Shown: one piece after another, positions 1 to 14,466 of the stretch
How the letters are laid out: every line of letters begins with the position of its first letter
How positions within the stretch are numbered: position 1 is the stretch's first letter
DNA from: Octopus vulgaris
Lineage: Eukaryota
Reading direction: 5' to 3'
Length of the DNA: 64,000 nucleotides
Assembly: GCA_951406725.2 (NCBI GenBank)
Contig: OX597818.1
Coordinates: 25,420,001-25,484,000 of the forward strand
Program-made: the position numbers and the translations under genes
Notes under the pieces: generated by a model
Seen by the model: only the letters and a program-made list of their open reading frames with translations
Told to the model about the DNA's origin: nothing
The model's database searches: none

Positions 1-623
1 AAACACACACAATCTCATACAGTTACGCACACACACACAAACATATACACAATCAGCGTAATATTTTTCATTCATTTATTTTTATTATTGGAATGCTAAC
101 ATTGAACGAGGAGGAGGGTATACCGAGTAGCTAAAACAGACTGCCATTGTCAGTCTCATAAGGGAGGAGAAAGAGGGTATACTGAGTGAGTAAAACGGAC
201 TGACACATGTCAGTCCTGTGAAACCAATTTTATTTATATAGACAACACAAACACTTTGTAATTTAGTAGCTCTTAATGTGATATCTGTTAAACAGAAATT
301 ATTTTTATTTAATGAAAATTTAATAAAATCTAATCATGAGTGAAATTATGCTAAATACAACTAAATTGAAAACCTTTTCCCCCTCACCATATCAGCAATT
401 CTGAAAACTTTTGGGTGCGAATTTTACATGGGTAGAAGCTTTTTTTAACAATTTTTATCCTGAAAATCACTTGCGCAAATTACATAGATGCACAATTTAC
501 ATGGGTTTTTACGGTACTTGTTAAAGCTCATTTTTTTTTTTTTATAACTGTTAAGAGTAATAAATTGCCTACTTATTACATGGATGATACTTTTGAAGGT
601 TTTAAAGGTATTTATTGAACATA

Positions 624-1425
624 TGAGGAGGTACCCCCCAGAAAACCAGAATTTTGCAATATTATTTTATACTTTTACATGTTTACACTTTTATCACCTT
701 CAAAGTATTCTCCATTTGAAGCAATGCAAAGGTCCAGATGCATTAACTCTTATGAGTTATGCCTTTTAATGCCTCCATCATTTTTTTCCTTTGCCTCTTC
801 CACATCTGCAAAACGTTTTCCTTTAAGGATTTTTTTCATTTAGGGGAACAAGAAGAAAGTCGCTGGGAGCAAGATTGGGTGAATAGGGAGGGTGGGTTCA
901 TGCCATTTTGGGTCAAAAACTGCCTCACACTCAAGGCGGTGTCCAACTCTTGTGGCAACTTTTTTCATTCGCAATTCCTCGCTCAAAATTCGTTGGCAGG
1001 AGCTCCAAGACACCCGTCATACCAACAAGTTTTTCAATTGTTTGGTGAGTCCTCCAAGATTAGTTCATGAATTTTCATGATGTTTTCATTCATTTGGGAG
1101 GTGAACAGTTGCCCTGAATGAGGTTGGTCTTCAGGCAAGAAGTGACCATTCCTAAAGTAGGAAAACTACTCATAAACTTGTGTTTTGCTCATGACAGCAT
1201 CCTTGAAAGCTGTTTGAAGCATAACTACTGTTTCAGCTGCTTGTTTTCCCCAGCTGAAAACAGAATTTCATAGAAGCACCATGTGACAATACGACTTCAG
1301 AAGATGCAGCTGGTCAGCAACTGATGCCTGAGTGTCACATCAAGTGGCTTCTAACAACAGAAGCCTGACCCACAACAGGCTTGTCCCACAGAGAACATTT
1401 CTGGTTACTTTTGAGTACCTCCTCA
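624..1425. mobile_element. Mariner-like element, degraded; related partial copy at ~63783-64000
   Basis: TA-TGAGGAGGTAC...GTACCTCCTCA-TA termini; shared 5' sequence with the window end. Confidence 0.75.
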
Positions 1426-2658
1426 TAAAGCATTAGTAGAAGTCCAGTTGAACCTCTAAAGAAATATGGCCTAAAATACACAATCTACTACTAGTTAAAA
1501 ATTTATAAAAATACTGCAGCATCATTACTTTTATAAAAGGTTCATAATTTCTGTTTTATTTCATATACAACTCTAGTTTAATATATAGCTTATATATATA
1601 TATCATTACTAGTTGTTTTAATATTATATACATGGACACAGGTATGTATATATTATGAAGAAGATTGCTTTGCAGCCACATGTTTCTAGGTTTGATTCCA
1701 TGGCACAAACATAAGGCCTTGTGAGTGAAATTTGGTTGTCAGAAAGTAAAGAATTTTGTGTGTGTGTGTTTGGACGTTTTGATGTGGGATGTGCAGAATC
1801 AAGTACATCAGATGCAAGTATCTTGTGACACATTCTCTCTCTTTATTTCCTGTGGGTTTTGCCTTTTTAACATTCTCCTCTGGTTGATAAAATACATACT
1901 GAAGTCTGGTGCCGCTTTTCAGTGCACCAGCCCAGTCAAACCATCCAACCCATGCCAGCATGGACAAAGGACATTAAATGATGATAAAATCCTGGAGTTG
2001 ACAGAATTGACTAAAAACCTTTGAAGCTGGTGCCCCAGCATAGGCACAGTCCATCAGCCAAAACTGGTAAAAGAATATCTTCTAGACATCAGTCTAATTT
2101 CTCAATGAAAGATTTTAGAATGCCACTGCTGCCTAATCTTAGTTTTCTATCTCAGTACTAAACCAGATTATGTCATGAATCTTGTACATAGCCCATCTTC
2201 ATATAAAATTCCATCTTTAAATTTATTGTGGGTGTAGATTTGGATGGCTTCAAGACTAACATACTTGCATCATCAGATCACTTGTTCCAAAAGGCCAGCT
2301 GACTGACTGATGAATGTTCATTCACTAGCACACAAACACTACAATCACAAGTTCACCGATGTACTGAGTCATCACTCTCCCTTACACTATTGCTACAAAT
2401 ATATCACTTAAGCCCAACAATAGATTCTTTATTCTTTCTCCTTCTGCTAAATGTCTCCTATACTCTTTCATCTAGAACTGAAAACCTTAAACTTTCTTTT
2501 TGCTCATATTTTCCTGAAAGGCTTCAGACTACAAAAAAAAAAAGGAAGAAAGAAAGAAAGAAAAAAGCATAAATAAAATTACATAATTAAGTGTATGTCA
2601 AAGAGAGAGGTAATGAGAAATAAAAACTGTTGAATGTTCTAATCCAAATCTATTCTAG

Positions 2659-2792
2659 AATGTTGGCCGGAAGATGAACTGTAATGAGTTCATAGAAAAT
2701 TTGTGTGAACTGAATGATGGAGATAACTTTCCAAAAGAAGACCTTCGCCAAATCTATGCAGCCATTAAAATGGAACCTATAGAATGGGCTCC
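2659..2792 (+). CDS. PSD: PSD/EFA6 family Arf6 GEF, internal exon (end of Sec7 domain)
   Basis: AG at 2657-2658, GTAAGT at 2793. Translates NVGRKMNCNEFIENLCELNDGDNFPKEDLRQIYAAIKMEPIEWA, like the PSD/EFA6 Sec7 C-terminus. 134 nt; phase matches the next exon. Upstream exons are outside the window. Confidence 0.92.
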
Positions 2793-4681
2793 GTAAGTAT
2801 TTTTCCTTTTTTTTTGTTTGTTTTAGTTACATATTAAAAAAAAATCTTATTTAAATACTGATAATATAAAATTATTTTTTTATCTATAGTTTGATACTTA
2901 GGCTTGACATTACTCCTAACAACTACATATTCTTAGAAAGTACAAGCTACGGCTGAATGCAAAAGAAATAATCTAAGAATTGCATAAAATTGAAGGTTCA
3001 TTAACCCTGCATTGTAAATAATAAGTGTATGCTGCTTACACTATATATGGCTGTCCAGTAAACTAGTCATAGGAATTTTGAGTGTGGTCTTATAATTTTG
3101 CCTGAACTACAAAGCATATTGGGATGTGCTTGCAGATAATTAGTGGTGGGAAATCCTCATTCAAAAATTTGTTTTTGTGTTGGAATGGGTTGAACAGGTC
3201 TACTGTTTGTTTTGTTCTTTTGTTGTCCAGAAGATAACAATTGCAGGTACATCGAGTGGGTTTGAGCAAGTGTGATGCATAGTTGGCTCTGATTATATTC
3301 ATATTGGAATCATTATTGCTATCATCCTTATTTTAATATGTTTTTCTGTACATTTATAGGTTTGCTTTAAGACACATTGTCATTTACTGAAATCTTTTGC
3401 TATCTCATCCATGAAACCTATTAATCCAGGAATCTGACCTTGTAATTTCTTTCTTTGCCTCTATTGATTTTGCTCTGCTCTAAATATTTCACTCACATTA
3501 TCAGCCTTCTTTCAACATGAACTATTCATCCATTTCTTACCAAAGCAAACCTCTATCTGACATAAATTAATAGATTCATTTAATGCCCAATTGCTCTCTC
3601 AGCTCACTTGTGCTCTTTTTAAAAAAATTTTTATTATGAAAGTTAACATTCAATAGATCATGTCCACCTTATTTCTCTCCAGCCTCTACAGATCATCCAC
3701 ATTCAATAACCTTGTCTCACTGCCATGCAGCATCACACTTTTATACATACTTCATATACTTTTTTTATACATGGAAAGTGAAACTCTTTGTAACTAACAG
3801 AGATAACTGTGACATGAACTTCATCCATCACTCTAGTCATGCTTTCGCTATCAGCTAAGTAACAGAAACTAGTCCTGTGTGTTCAGCAAGCAGTTCACGG
3901 ACCAATTTAATGGTGCTCTTACTGTTAACATTTAGCACTGGCTTTTTCAGCATACCAGCAGTACAACTGCATCTTCTATTCATTGTTTGCAATGGATAGA
4001 CAAGTTTCTGGCTACTCCCTTTCTGTATACTGAGCAAGACTACTTTTCAGATTGTATGTAAACACAGTACATAATTTTTCCATCTCTATCATCATTTATT
4101 AGTGTGCATGTATGTGTGTTGCAATGTAGACATCATCATTATCATCATACCATACATCTTTTTTCTATGTTTATATAGGCTGGATAGATTTGCAATATGC
4201 CAAACTTACCATACATCTGAAATCTGTGTGATTTGTAAAGTCCTCTTTTAGCAGATCCTTAATTTCTTTATCTGCTTCTATTATATGTACCTTAAGACAG
4301 TTCTATTGACATATTGTTTCTAACTACTGTATCGCATGAGGTTTGACTTAGGTTTTTAAAACTGGATGTCTTTCTTACTGTCAGTTACAACTTGTGCATT
4401 CTATGTAAGTATTTCATTATTCTAACTAAGACTAAGCAGGATGTTGTCATTTTGAATTTACTGAAATATTGTTTCATTTATTCAGACTTGATATCTGTCA
4501 AATTTGCAGTATGTAAATAATTGAGAATTTCTTCCTTTCTTTGTTTTTCTTTTTTTTTTTTTTTAGCTTCTTTGTGAAATATTTCTACAATTATTGTTTT
4601 TTCTATTTACACCGTTCACCTGAAAATTTCTTTGTATTTCACTTCATTGTATTAAATGTTATAAATTATTTATCTATTTAG

Positions 4682-4784
4682 AGATGATGATCTGCAAGAT
4701 AGTGAAACAACAGTTACGAATGACCGGCGACAAGTGCCATTAAGTGAAACACCATCTCGGCTTGGCCACAACCCCTTCTTAGAG
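4682..4784 (+). CDS. PSD: PSD/EFA6 exon (Sec7-PH linker)
   Basis: tttag/ ... /gtaagc; (P)DDDLQDSETTVTNDRRQVPLSETPSRLGHNPFLE with the family NPFL motif; phases fit (2 to 0). Confidence 0.88.
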
Positions 4785-5009
4785 GTAAGCTGTACTTAAT
4801 ATTGGTTTCAAATCTTAGCACAGGGCCAGCAATTTTGGGGGAAGAGTAAGTTGATTACATCGACCCCAGTGCTCAACTGGTACTTATTTTATTGACCTTG
4901 AAAGTGTAAGTTGACCTTGGTGTAATTTGAACTCAAAATGTAAGATGGATGAAATGTTGCTAAGCATTTTGCCTAGCATGCTAACACTTCTGTCAACTCA
5001 TCACCTTAA

Positions 5010-5227
5010 CCCTTTCGTTACTGTATTTATTTTGAGATTTCTGTGTTTTTTTCAATTACTTTAAATATAACAAAGAATTTAGTAAAATAACTAGCTATAA
5101 TTCAGCTGGTGTTAGGAACATAAATTGTGACTAAGGTTTGGTGGAAAATTTTAATTCAAAATTTATGGAAACTAAACATTTGTACTCAGAGCCAGAGACA
5201 GTTTCAGCCGGGTTGGTAACAAAAGGG
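5010..5227. mobile_element. TTAA (piggyBac-type) MITE; related copies ~49930-50113 and ~50295-50512
   Basis: TTAA CCCTTTCGTTAC ... GTAACAAAAGGG TTAA. Confidence 0.85.
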
Positions 5228-6472
5228 TTAAACTGTAATTAATATCAGCATTATATTATTATTAGGTGTTATAATGAATATAATTGCTTTCACAGTTTTT
5301 GTATAAGCCAAAAGTAATTAGTTTGATTTTAAGACTATTATTCCTTTTTTCTTTTTAGTTAGTAACTTCATTTTTTTAAAAATTGCACTATTTAGTTATT
5401 CAGTTTTCTGCTTTTGCAACATGGTTTAGATCTTTTGAGAAATAACATGTTCAAATTTAAGTTTTTTTATTTGCTTTCATTTTCTGGTTGAATACATTGT
5501 GATTTAAATTGTCTTCATTCAATGAGAAAAGAAGACAAAACAGTTAACTTTCCTGTAATGGAGATAAATGACAAATAAGTATGAGCACTGTTTATGCTGT
5601 TGATTCTTTGACATGTCCTGTTTATGCTCACATGTATAGTTAACATCACATGTGTTGTACTTTTTTTTTTGCTTAGAAGGAAAGATAAAACTCAGAGCAT
5701 TTTGGGGGTTTACCTGAACAAAGAAGTGAAAAACTTAATGCAAATATTAAAAATGGTTAATGCTTGATGATATGTTAACAAAAAAGGAGTTTCAGAAGAT
5801 ATGTTTTGAGAAGAAAAAAAGGACTAGGAGAAAGTATTGTGTATCTGTAGCACCAAGGGGAAGAGAGATGCAGTTGACAGGACTTTGTAGTGGTGGGTTG
5901 GTTGTCAAACTGACGGTTTTTACTTGAAAGCAATCTCATATCAGAAAGGTGTGGAATAAGGCATATTTAAGCCACAGGAAAAGTCAGAAAGTATCTAGGG
6001 TTTAAAGTATTTCCTACCTTAATAAAAAGAGGTACCATCTCTTTACTGCAGCTTAAGATTCTAAGTGTAAAATATCAATTTGTTGATGCCACAAATACAG
6101 TTGATTCCATTTCACTGTAAAGGCAAAGAATTTTTTTAATTATGTCTTTTTGTCATTACATTAATGTTTAATGTTTGTTTTTCCATGGGTTGGATCAATT
6201 CACTGTATAACATATCGCTATCATCTTGATCTTCCATAATTTTCTATGGTATCCAGTGTCTTCCTTGACTTTCTTCCATAGTTACTTCTCAGTTTTTTTC
6301 CTCCATAGGAGAGAACTCTTTTTCACTCGGTACAGAGCATCCAATTACATCACATGTCCTTACTAGTAATGTTGCTTTTAATGCCTGATCAATTTTTACA
6401 GTAACAAAAGGGTTAATATAATTAAGTACATACATATCACCATACCCCATACTTGCTAAGAAACTTTGTGAA

Positions 6473-6800
6473 GGCACATGGCTCAGTGGTTAGAGCATTG
6501 GTTTCACAATCATGCGGTAGTGAGTTCAATTCCCAGAACAGGCTGTGTTGTGTTCTTGAGCAAGACATTTCACACTGCTTTAGTTCACTCAACTGTAGAA
6601 ATGATATGCAACATCATTGGTGACAAGCTGTATTGGCTTTTTGCCTTTCCCTTGGATAACATTGGTGGTGTGAAGTGAGGAGGCTGGTATGCATGGGTGA
6701 TTGCTGGTCTTCCATAAACAAACTTACCCAGACTTGTGCCTTGGAGGGGAACTTTCTTGGTGCTCTACCATGGTCATTCATGACCAAAAGAGGTCCCTTA
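6473..6800 (+). mobile_element. tRNA-derived SINE family A; second copy ~56181-56505 (-)
   Basis: A box TGGCTCAGTGG, B box GAGTTCAATTCC, body shared with the inverted copy. Confidence 0.85.
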
Positions 6801-7450
6801 TCATTATACCACCAACTTGACTCAGTTTTTTTTTTACAAAGTTACACATTTCAGGTACAACTTAACACTACCCTAAATACCATAACCATAGGAAATACTC
6901 AAAGAACACAATGCATTAACACATTCAGATATAAAATCAATACGTCTAAGACAAGAGGAATGCAATGGCATCACAGCTAAACTTCTTTCACACTCTGAAC
7001 AACCTACACTAATATACCATAGGTTTTTCTCACTGACACAAATACATATATTGACAGGTTTTGCACTTCCTGGGTTTTGATAATCAAATATAAACAATAG
7101 ATGAGGACTGTTTACAATTTACAAACATCTATATGTTTGAATGTATGCTTGCACATCAAGGCAAGCTCCTTAAAAACAAATTCAGCATTTTGTGCACTAA
7201 TTATGAAATCATGATCTGAAGCTAAATCTGTTTTTAAGGAGCTCATTTTGAGAGTTGCATTCCCTCACGTTCGAAAGACTGTATTTATTTATCATGGTAG
7301 TTTTGACTTTAAGAGTCCCTCATAGTATGAGGCATTTATGTATAGTAATACCCTTAATATAAATAAATATATTTAAAGATTTTTCCCTTATGAGGTTTTT
7401 GACACCGACTACTCAATAAATTCTTATAAAGATTTTATCCTATTTTAAAA

Positions 7451-7451
<1 letters not shown>

Positions 7452-7492
<41 letters not shown>

Positions 7493-7634
7493 ATGTGTGT
7501 GTGTGTATGTGTGTATATATATGTGTGTATATATATGTATGTATATGTGTGTATATATATATATATGTGTGTGTGTATATATATATGTGTGTGTGTGTGT
7601 ATATATATATATGTATCTATATATGTGTGTGTGT
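7452..7634. repeat. (TA)/(TG) compound microsatellite
   Basis: Direct reading. Confidence 0.95.
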
Positions 7635-7638
7635 TTAT

Positions 7639-10600
7639 GGAGATCAATGCTTGAACGGAGCCATGTCGATTTGTGCTACCTCCAAGAAGTAAGGTGGAGA
7701 GGAGGTTCCGCTAGGTTCCTCACAGGCAAAGAACACAGGTACAAGATTTTCTGGGCAGGGAACACTGATGGGGTCGGGGGTGTGAGTATACTTCTTGCAG
7801 AGAAATGGGTTGATAAGGTAGTCGAGGTATTCAGAGTATACGACAGAATACTTAAGATTAGATTAGTGCTTCATCATGGGTTAGCAATCATTATCTCACC
7901 CTATGCTCCTCAACCGGAGCTACCTGATGGGCAGAAAGACCGATTTTATGACACCCTCTTGCAGACTACCTCGTTGACAAATGATAAGGACCTTCTCTTT
8001 GTGGCTGGTGACTTCAATAGACATGTTGGACAACATGCAGAGGGCTTCCGTGGCATACATGGAGGCTATGGTTTTGGTTCCCGCAATGAGGAGGGAACCA
8101 GACTGCTGGAGTTCTGCGATGCAAATGATCTTATGGTTTGCAATACCAAATTCAGCAAACCTACCAGTCACCTACCGTTCTGGCAGACACACTAGCCAAA
8201 TTGACTACATCCTCGCCAGAAAAAGGGAAAGATGGCTGCTTATAAATGCCAAAACCCTCCCAGGCGAAGAATGTACCCCTCAACATAGACTAGTAGTTAG
8301 TGACTTCAGGATCAGGGTGAAATGGATGCCCAGAAGACAACCAGCATGGAGGAGAAGGGTCTGGAAGCTTAAAGATCCTGCAAATGGACAGATATTTAGA
8401 GATGTATTACTCGAAGCCTTTGATGAAATAAAAGAGGATATAGCATCACATGATGTGGAAGATAACTGGAGGTTTCTATGGGACAACCTGCTGAGAGCCA
8501 CTGCCCAGATCTGTGGATGGTGCAAAGTCCCCTCTTGATCCAAGGTAATGTGGTGGTGGGACAACATGGTTGATAGGGCTATTAGAGAAAAGAAACAAGC
8601 TTGGAAGGACTGGAAGAACGGTGGTAGCAGGGAATTGTATCAGACTGCACAGAAGGGAAGCTAAGAGATAGGCTTATTTAGCCAGAGGGGAAACAGATAA
8701 GAAAAAATTTGCCAATGTTCTGCACCGAGATGACCAAAGACTTGAAGTATTTCGTGCTGCAAGACAGTGTGTGGGAGAGAATTATGATGTTGTAGGAGAG
8801 AAATGTGTCCACATGGATAATGGTTCACTTGCACTGAGCGAGGCTGCAAAGAGACAGGTTTGGAGATGCTACTATGAAAGGTTGTTCAATAAAGAGAATG
8901 GATGGGAGAAAGAGAGTCTGCTGAATGTTGACCCATGAGAGGGACCAGCTATCCAAATTGAGAGTACCTTGCTCAAAATACCTGGTGGTGTTGGCTATAG
9001 CCTAGTCACTAGTATAGTTAACCAGGTGATACATGAAGGAGTCATACCCAATGTCTGGTGTAGCAGCAGCATAGTCAACTGCTACAAAGGTAAAGGTGAT
9101 GCTTTAGATACAAATAATTACAGCGGTATCAAGTTGTTGGATCAGGTAATGAAGGTCACGGAGAGGGCCATAGCCCAACTAATTAGGGAGAGAGTCAGTT
9201 TAGATGAGATGCAGTTTGGGTTCGTGCCAGAGAAAAGCACCACTGATGCTATATTTCTGGTAAGACAGCTGCAGGAGAAATACCTAGCCAAAGATAAACC
9301 TCTGTACCTGGCTTTGTTTGACAAGGAGAAAGCCTTTGACAGAGTCCCCCAATCCCTTTTCTGGTGGTCAATGAGGAAGCTATGGATAGATAAATGGTTA
9401 GTGAGAGCTGTGCGAGCCATGTACAGGGATGCTGTCAGTAAGGTGAGGGTTGGCAACGAGTACAGTGAAGAATTCCAGGTAGAGGCAGGGGTCCACCAAG
9501 GTTCAGCCCTCAGCCCCCCACCTATTTTTCATAGTCCTCCAGGCAATAACAGGGGAATTCAAGACAGGATGCCCCTGGCAGCTCCTCAATGCTGAGTCAC
9601 TATCAGAACTATAGGAGAAGTTTCAAGTGTGGAAGCAAGGATTAGAATCGAAGAGCCTTAGAATCAACCTAGCTAAAACCAAAGTCCTAATAAGTAGGAA
9701 GGCAGACAAACCACATACCCCTTCAGGTGGATGGCCCTGCTTGATATGTTGAAAAGGCATAGGTAGAAACTCAGTAAGATGTACCCAGTGTAAGCTATGG
9801 ACACATAAGAGGTGCAGCAATATCAAAGGGAGGCTAACTGGGAAGATAGTTTTTGCATGTGGCAAATGCTCGGATGCTATAAACACAGAAAATGTGCAGA
9901 GAACAACTTCTGCCACATTCCAGCGAGAAAAACTAGAAGTAGTTGATAGCTTCCATTGCCTAGGGGACCAAGTCAGTAGCAGGGGTGGATGCTCTGAAAG
10001 TGTAGCTGCTAGAGTAAGAATAACTTGGGCAAAGTTCAGAGAGCTCTTACCTCTGCTGGTGACCTCTCGCTCAGAATAAATCATAGACTGTATGATGCAT
10101 GTTTACAAACAGCCATGCTACATGGCAGTGAAACATGGGCTTTGACTGCTGAGGACATGCGTATGCTTGCAAGGAACGAAGCCAATATGCTTCACTGGAT
10201 GTGTAATGTCAGTGTGCATACTTAACAGAGTGTAAGTACCTTGAGAAAAAAGTTGAACCTAAGAAGCATCAGATGTGGTGTGCAAGAGAGATGACTGCGC
10301 TGGTATGGTCATGTGGTGCGAATGGATGAGGATAGCTGTGTGAAAAAGTGTCACACCCTAGCGGCTGAGGGTAACTAGAAGGGGTAGATTCCGGAAGACC
10401 TGGGATGAGGTGGTGAAGCATGACCTTTGAACATTGGGCTTCACTGAGGCAATGACTAGTTACCGAGACCTTTGGAAATATGCTGTGCTTGAGAAGACCC
10501 GGCAAGCCAAGTGAAACCATAACCTGTGGCCTATGCCAGTGGTGTAACCAGCCCACTTAAGCATACCTTTCTTTCATTGGACACTAAACTCTGCTTGTGA

Positions 10601-11117
10601 AGACCTGTTAAGGGAAGTGAAATCGAAATCAAATTCGATGACAGCACCGCTTGACTGGCATCTATGCAAGTGGAGCGCTAAGAGCACTATCCAAGCGTGA
10701 TCATTGCCAGAGCCGCTAACTGGCCCCTGTGCTGGTGGCACATAAAAAGCACCATTTGAGCGTGATTGTTACCAGCGTCGCCTTACTGGCACTTGTGCCG
10801 GTGGTATGTGAAAAACAACATTCGAGTGAGGGCGTTGCCAATGCCACTGGACTGGCTCCTGTGCAGGTGACATATAAAAACACCATTTGAGCGTGGCTGT
10901 TGCCAGTACCGCTTGACTGGCCCTTGTGCCGGTGGCACGTAAAAGCACCCACTACACTCTCGGAGTTGTTGGCGTTAGGAAGGGCATCCAGCTATAGAAA
11001 CTCTGCCAGATCAGATTGGAGCCTGCTGCAACCATCTGGCTCACCAGTCCCCAGTCAAACCGTCCAACCCATGCCAGCATGGAAAGTGGAGGTTAAACAA
11101 TGATGATGATGATGATG
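7639..11117 (+). mobile_element. RTE-clade LINE (APE+RT, degraded) with repeat-containing 3' UTR and (TGA)n tail
   Basis: LQEVRWRG, VAGDFN, SQIDYIL, PQHRLVV, QFGFVPEKSTTDAIF, EKAFDRVP, GVHQGSALSP motifs; several stops and frameshifts. Confidence 0.93.
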
Positions 11118-11249
11118 TTCTGTCATGTTTGCAGGTTAACATTGCTTATCTAGCAGTCCATGCTTGACTCCTTTCTCTTAAGCTTCCGTAGATTACCATA
11201 TAGTGCTGATATCTCACTACCATACAGATTCACATTTCATAGTCATGCT

Positions 11250-13590
11250 CTTACACATTTAGAGAAATCACAAGAATCTCAACCTTCTGAAATTCCTTTT
11301 CACCTATGTTTTACTTATAAATGTTCTGACTAAATATTAGCAATCACTATTCATGTCAAGAAAGCATGGTTGCAGGTCACCTCTTTAAACATGAGCAGCA
11401 AGCAACTGAAGTCCTTGCATTTGCTCCAAATACTAGGGTATGCTATAACTGAGGATCCCTACTGATAAATGCACATCTTTTACAGAGCCACTACTGCATT
11501 TCAAAGGCCAGTCTTTCCTTTCAGAGCCAGAAAATATTTCGGGCACTCATAATTATTGAACTTCTGCGAAACTCAAGTCAGACTCATAATGGAGAGCAGC
11601 ATTCAGCTAAAGCCCTTGCATTTGCTCCAGTTACTAAGCTATGCTATAACCGAGGTTCCTTACTGATGAATGCACATCTTTTACAGAGCCACTACTGCAT
11701 TTCAAAGACCAGTCTTTCCTTTCAGAGCCAGAAAATATTTCAGGCACTAATAATTATTAAACTTCTGCAAAGCTCAAGTGAGACTCATAATGGAGTACAG
11801 TCCCCTCATCTAGAACAGTGTTGCTGCTACACACACACACACAGACATCCTAAGCTTTCATGCAAAGAAAGTTCCACTCAACTAACTGGCATGCAGTTAC
11901 TCAGATATGCTCCAGCCTCTGACTCTCTACTTTTTCTGATGATAGTGCATTTCTGTTCAAGCTGATTGGCCACCTGCCATTTCTACTTGCAATTCCCTCA
12001 TCACTCATGCTGTCTCTAATATACCAAGCTCCACACTAATCATTACATTTCATTCATCAGTCTCTGAGATCTTGCAGAGTTAATATACTCACTCCTGACT
12101 AACCATAAAAACCTTCGTTACTAACAGCTCTTTAGACTTTTTCACTTCATTCTTCGGTACTCTAGTTACTATGCTTTTGAACCATCTCCAGTATTAATTT
12201 GATTGGATAGATAAAAGAAGTTATCAACTGTATTTAGTGAATCATCTGAACAGGTTATGGGTGCTCCTAGTGCTAACAACTGTGCATCTGTCATATCTGA
12301 AATCCCGGTTCTCTGTCACTATACCAGAAATTACAATGCACATTTTGTGTACCCATTACTTGCTCTGTGAATAAAATCTTTGAATTTTTAGATGCTTTCT
12401 TTTGACATCAAACAAGAGTACTTCCCAGGAATTTGTGTTCAGCACTTTGAACTTTGCCATTTGACCTTTTAGATATTTTAACCAAATTTAGACTATGCTT
12501 CCATGTTTAGAAATTTTTCTGCAACTCTTCAAAACATTCTACAATGAGAACCATATCATCAACATAAAGTTCTCAAGAATGCTATTGAACAGAAAGAATG
12601 TGCTATTAGGAATTTAGAGTGTGTGGTTTCAAGCTCTTGCACAAACTGCATTTATTCAAGCATTCTAATTGCTTTTGTAGCAAAGTACTTCTGCACCAGT
12701 CACTTGGACTAGCATCTTCCTGCACTGCCTGATTAACTAAGTAAGTGCCTTCGAGAGTAAATACCCTTGAATCACCTACTACTCTGCTTATTTTAATTTC
12801 CTCAATAGCCTTCTGAAGCTAATGTTTGTTACTGGCTCTTCTGCTGGTTCTCTTTGTGTCTCCCATTATCCTACTTATAATCTTCATTCACCAAGTACTT
12901 ATAGAACTTCCTTGACTTCTTGTTTCACTCTGAGTGCAGTTAACCTTGTGTTGTTTTGTACACGATTCTCCGTAATAAAATCTTCTTTCATACAAACACA
13001 CTACTTCACAATTTTGCAAACCTACTCAACTTTCTTTTGGTGACTTGTTTCTTGCGCAGCTAGTTTTTTAATATTTGTTCTTGCTGCACACATTCTTCTA
13101 TTCTTGTTACTTAGCTCATAAAGTCCAATCTGCTGTACTATTCTGGCATTTGGTTGAAAACCATCTCCATCTGCAGAATTTACCAGTGGTTTGCAGTATT
13201 GTTATGTTTCCTCCTCTCTCTCATAATAAGCACTACCTAATGCTGCTGAAAGTTTTGTCCAAAGAAGAACCATTTAACTTCCTTGCCTGCTTTCTAACAT
13301 GCTATCATTGATAATGGTAGGAAAGTTGTTCTTGAAATTAGGCCTGGGAGAGGAATGTCATTTCTGTTGGCAGTGGGATTGCCTGATGGCTATCTAGGGT
13401 TCCTCACTCTTAATGCCCACTATACACTGCACAGTACAAAGATGGCAAGTATCAGTCCTGTTTACACAACTGATGCTTCAACTCTGCAAAGATTTTTATA
13501 ATAAACTAGCTGTCCTTTCTATGACGAAGCACCTACAGAATGGACTCTGCACATTATTTTTTATTAGAGAAGTTGGTGTAATGAGAGCAG
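11250..13590 (-). mobile_element. Highly degraded LINE remnant
   Basis: Minus-strand LYVDDMVL RT-like motif near 12548-12571; boundaries uncertain. Confidence 0.45.
11413..11795. repeat. Direct tandem duplication, ~201-bp period
   Basis: CCTTGCATTTGCTCCA...GACTCATAATGGAG at 11413 and 11614. Confidence 0.85.
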
Positions 13591-14384
13591 TTTGTCCTGC
13601 TTAAAAGTATTATGGAATGATTACCATAACATTTATACATACTCTTATTTTCCATTTCTCTCTGCCTTCACAATCTGTATTTCTCTACATGCACTCTGTC
13701 ACTCAGCCTCCCTCTCTCTCTTCTTCCCCACATGTTCAATGAGCCTCACTTTTTACATAATCTTCATTCTCTCTCCCTGTATGTTCTTTATCTCTCATGC
13801 TGTGTTTCTTTCTCATATGCTCTCCATTATTCTTTCTCTCCTGGTGCTGTCTCTGTCTTTCTCCCTTTGCACACATGCTTTCTGTGTCTCTTTACCTGGA
13901 TGCTCTCTCCCCCCCTCTCTCTTCACAATGTTCTGTTTTGTTCTACATACCTTATCTCACACACCTTATCTTTCTCTCTGTGTCTTTTTCTCTTCCCACA
14001 CTATCTCTCCCTCTCCACATGCCCTCTTTTTCCCTCCTCCTCTCTCTCTCACACACACACATTTGTGTATTTGTTATAACTATTCAGATATGTGGATTCC
14101 AATCTAAAATGTTGTTTAAAAAATGTGTAGTTTAATCAGTCCTAGTTTGGATTGATTAATACAAAGTTTTAAAAGATCAAGATTGAAGGCGTTGTATAGT
14201 TTTCTAGCACTTCCATTTCTAATGGAGGCATACAAAACTTTTATTGACTTTTCATTTAAAATTTGTAAATTCATGAAACATCTTGTTAGAATAAAAAACT
14301 GTAGCAATTATTTTATGCTTCTTATTTCTGCTATTTTCTATTCAATTAACATTTTGTTATGTTGTATTTGGAAATTTATTGTAG

Positions 14385-14466
14385 ATACCTGACCCTAATC
14401 AAACCACAGAGTACAAGAAAGGATATGTAATGCGCAAGTGCTGTTTAGATCCAGATGGTCGACGTA
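14385..14466 (+). CDS. PSD: PSD/EFA6 exon (start of PH domain)
   Basis: gtag/ ... /gtatgt; IPDPNQTTEYKKGYVMRKCCLDPDGRR; 82 nt, phase 0 to 1. Confidence 0.92.

Noticed and set aside
13592-14135. Three-frame hydrophobic ORFs
   Set aside because: CT-rich low-complexity intron sequence lacking stops.
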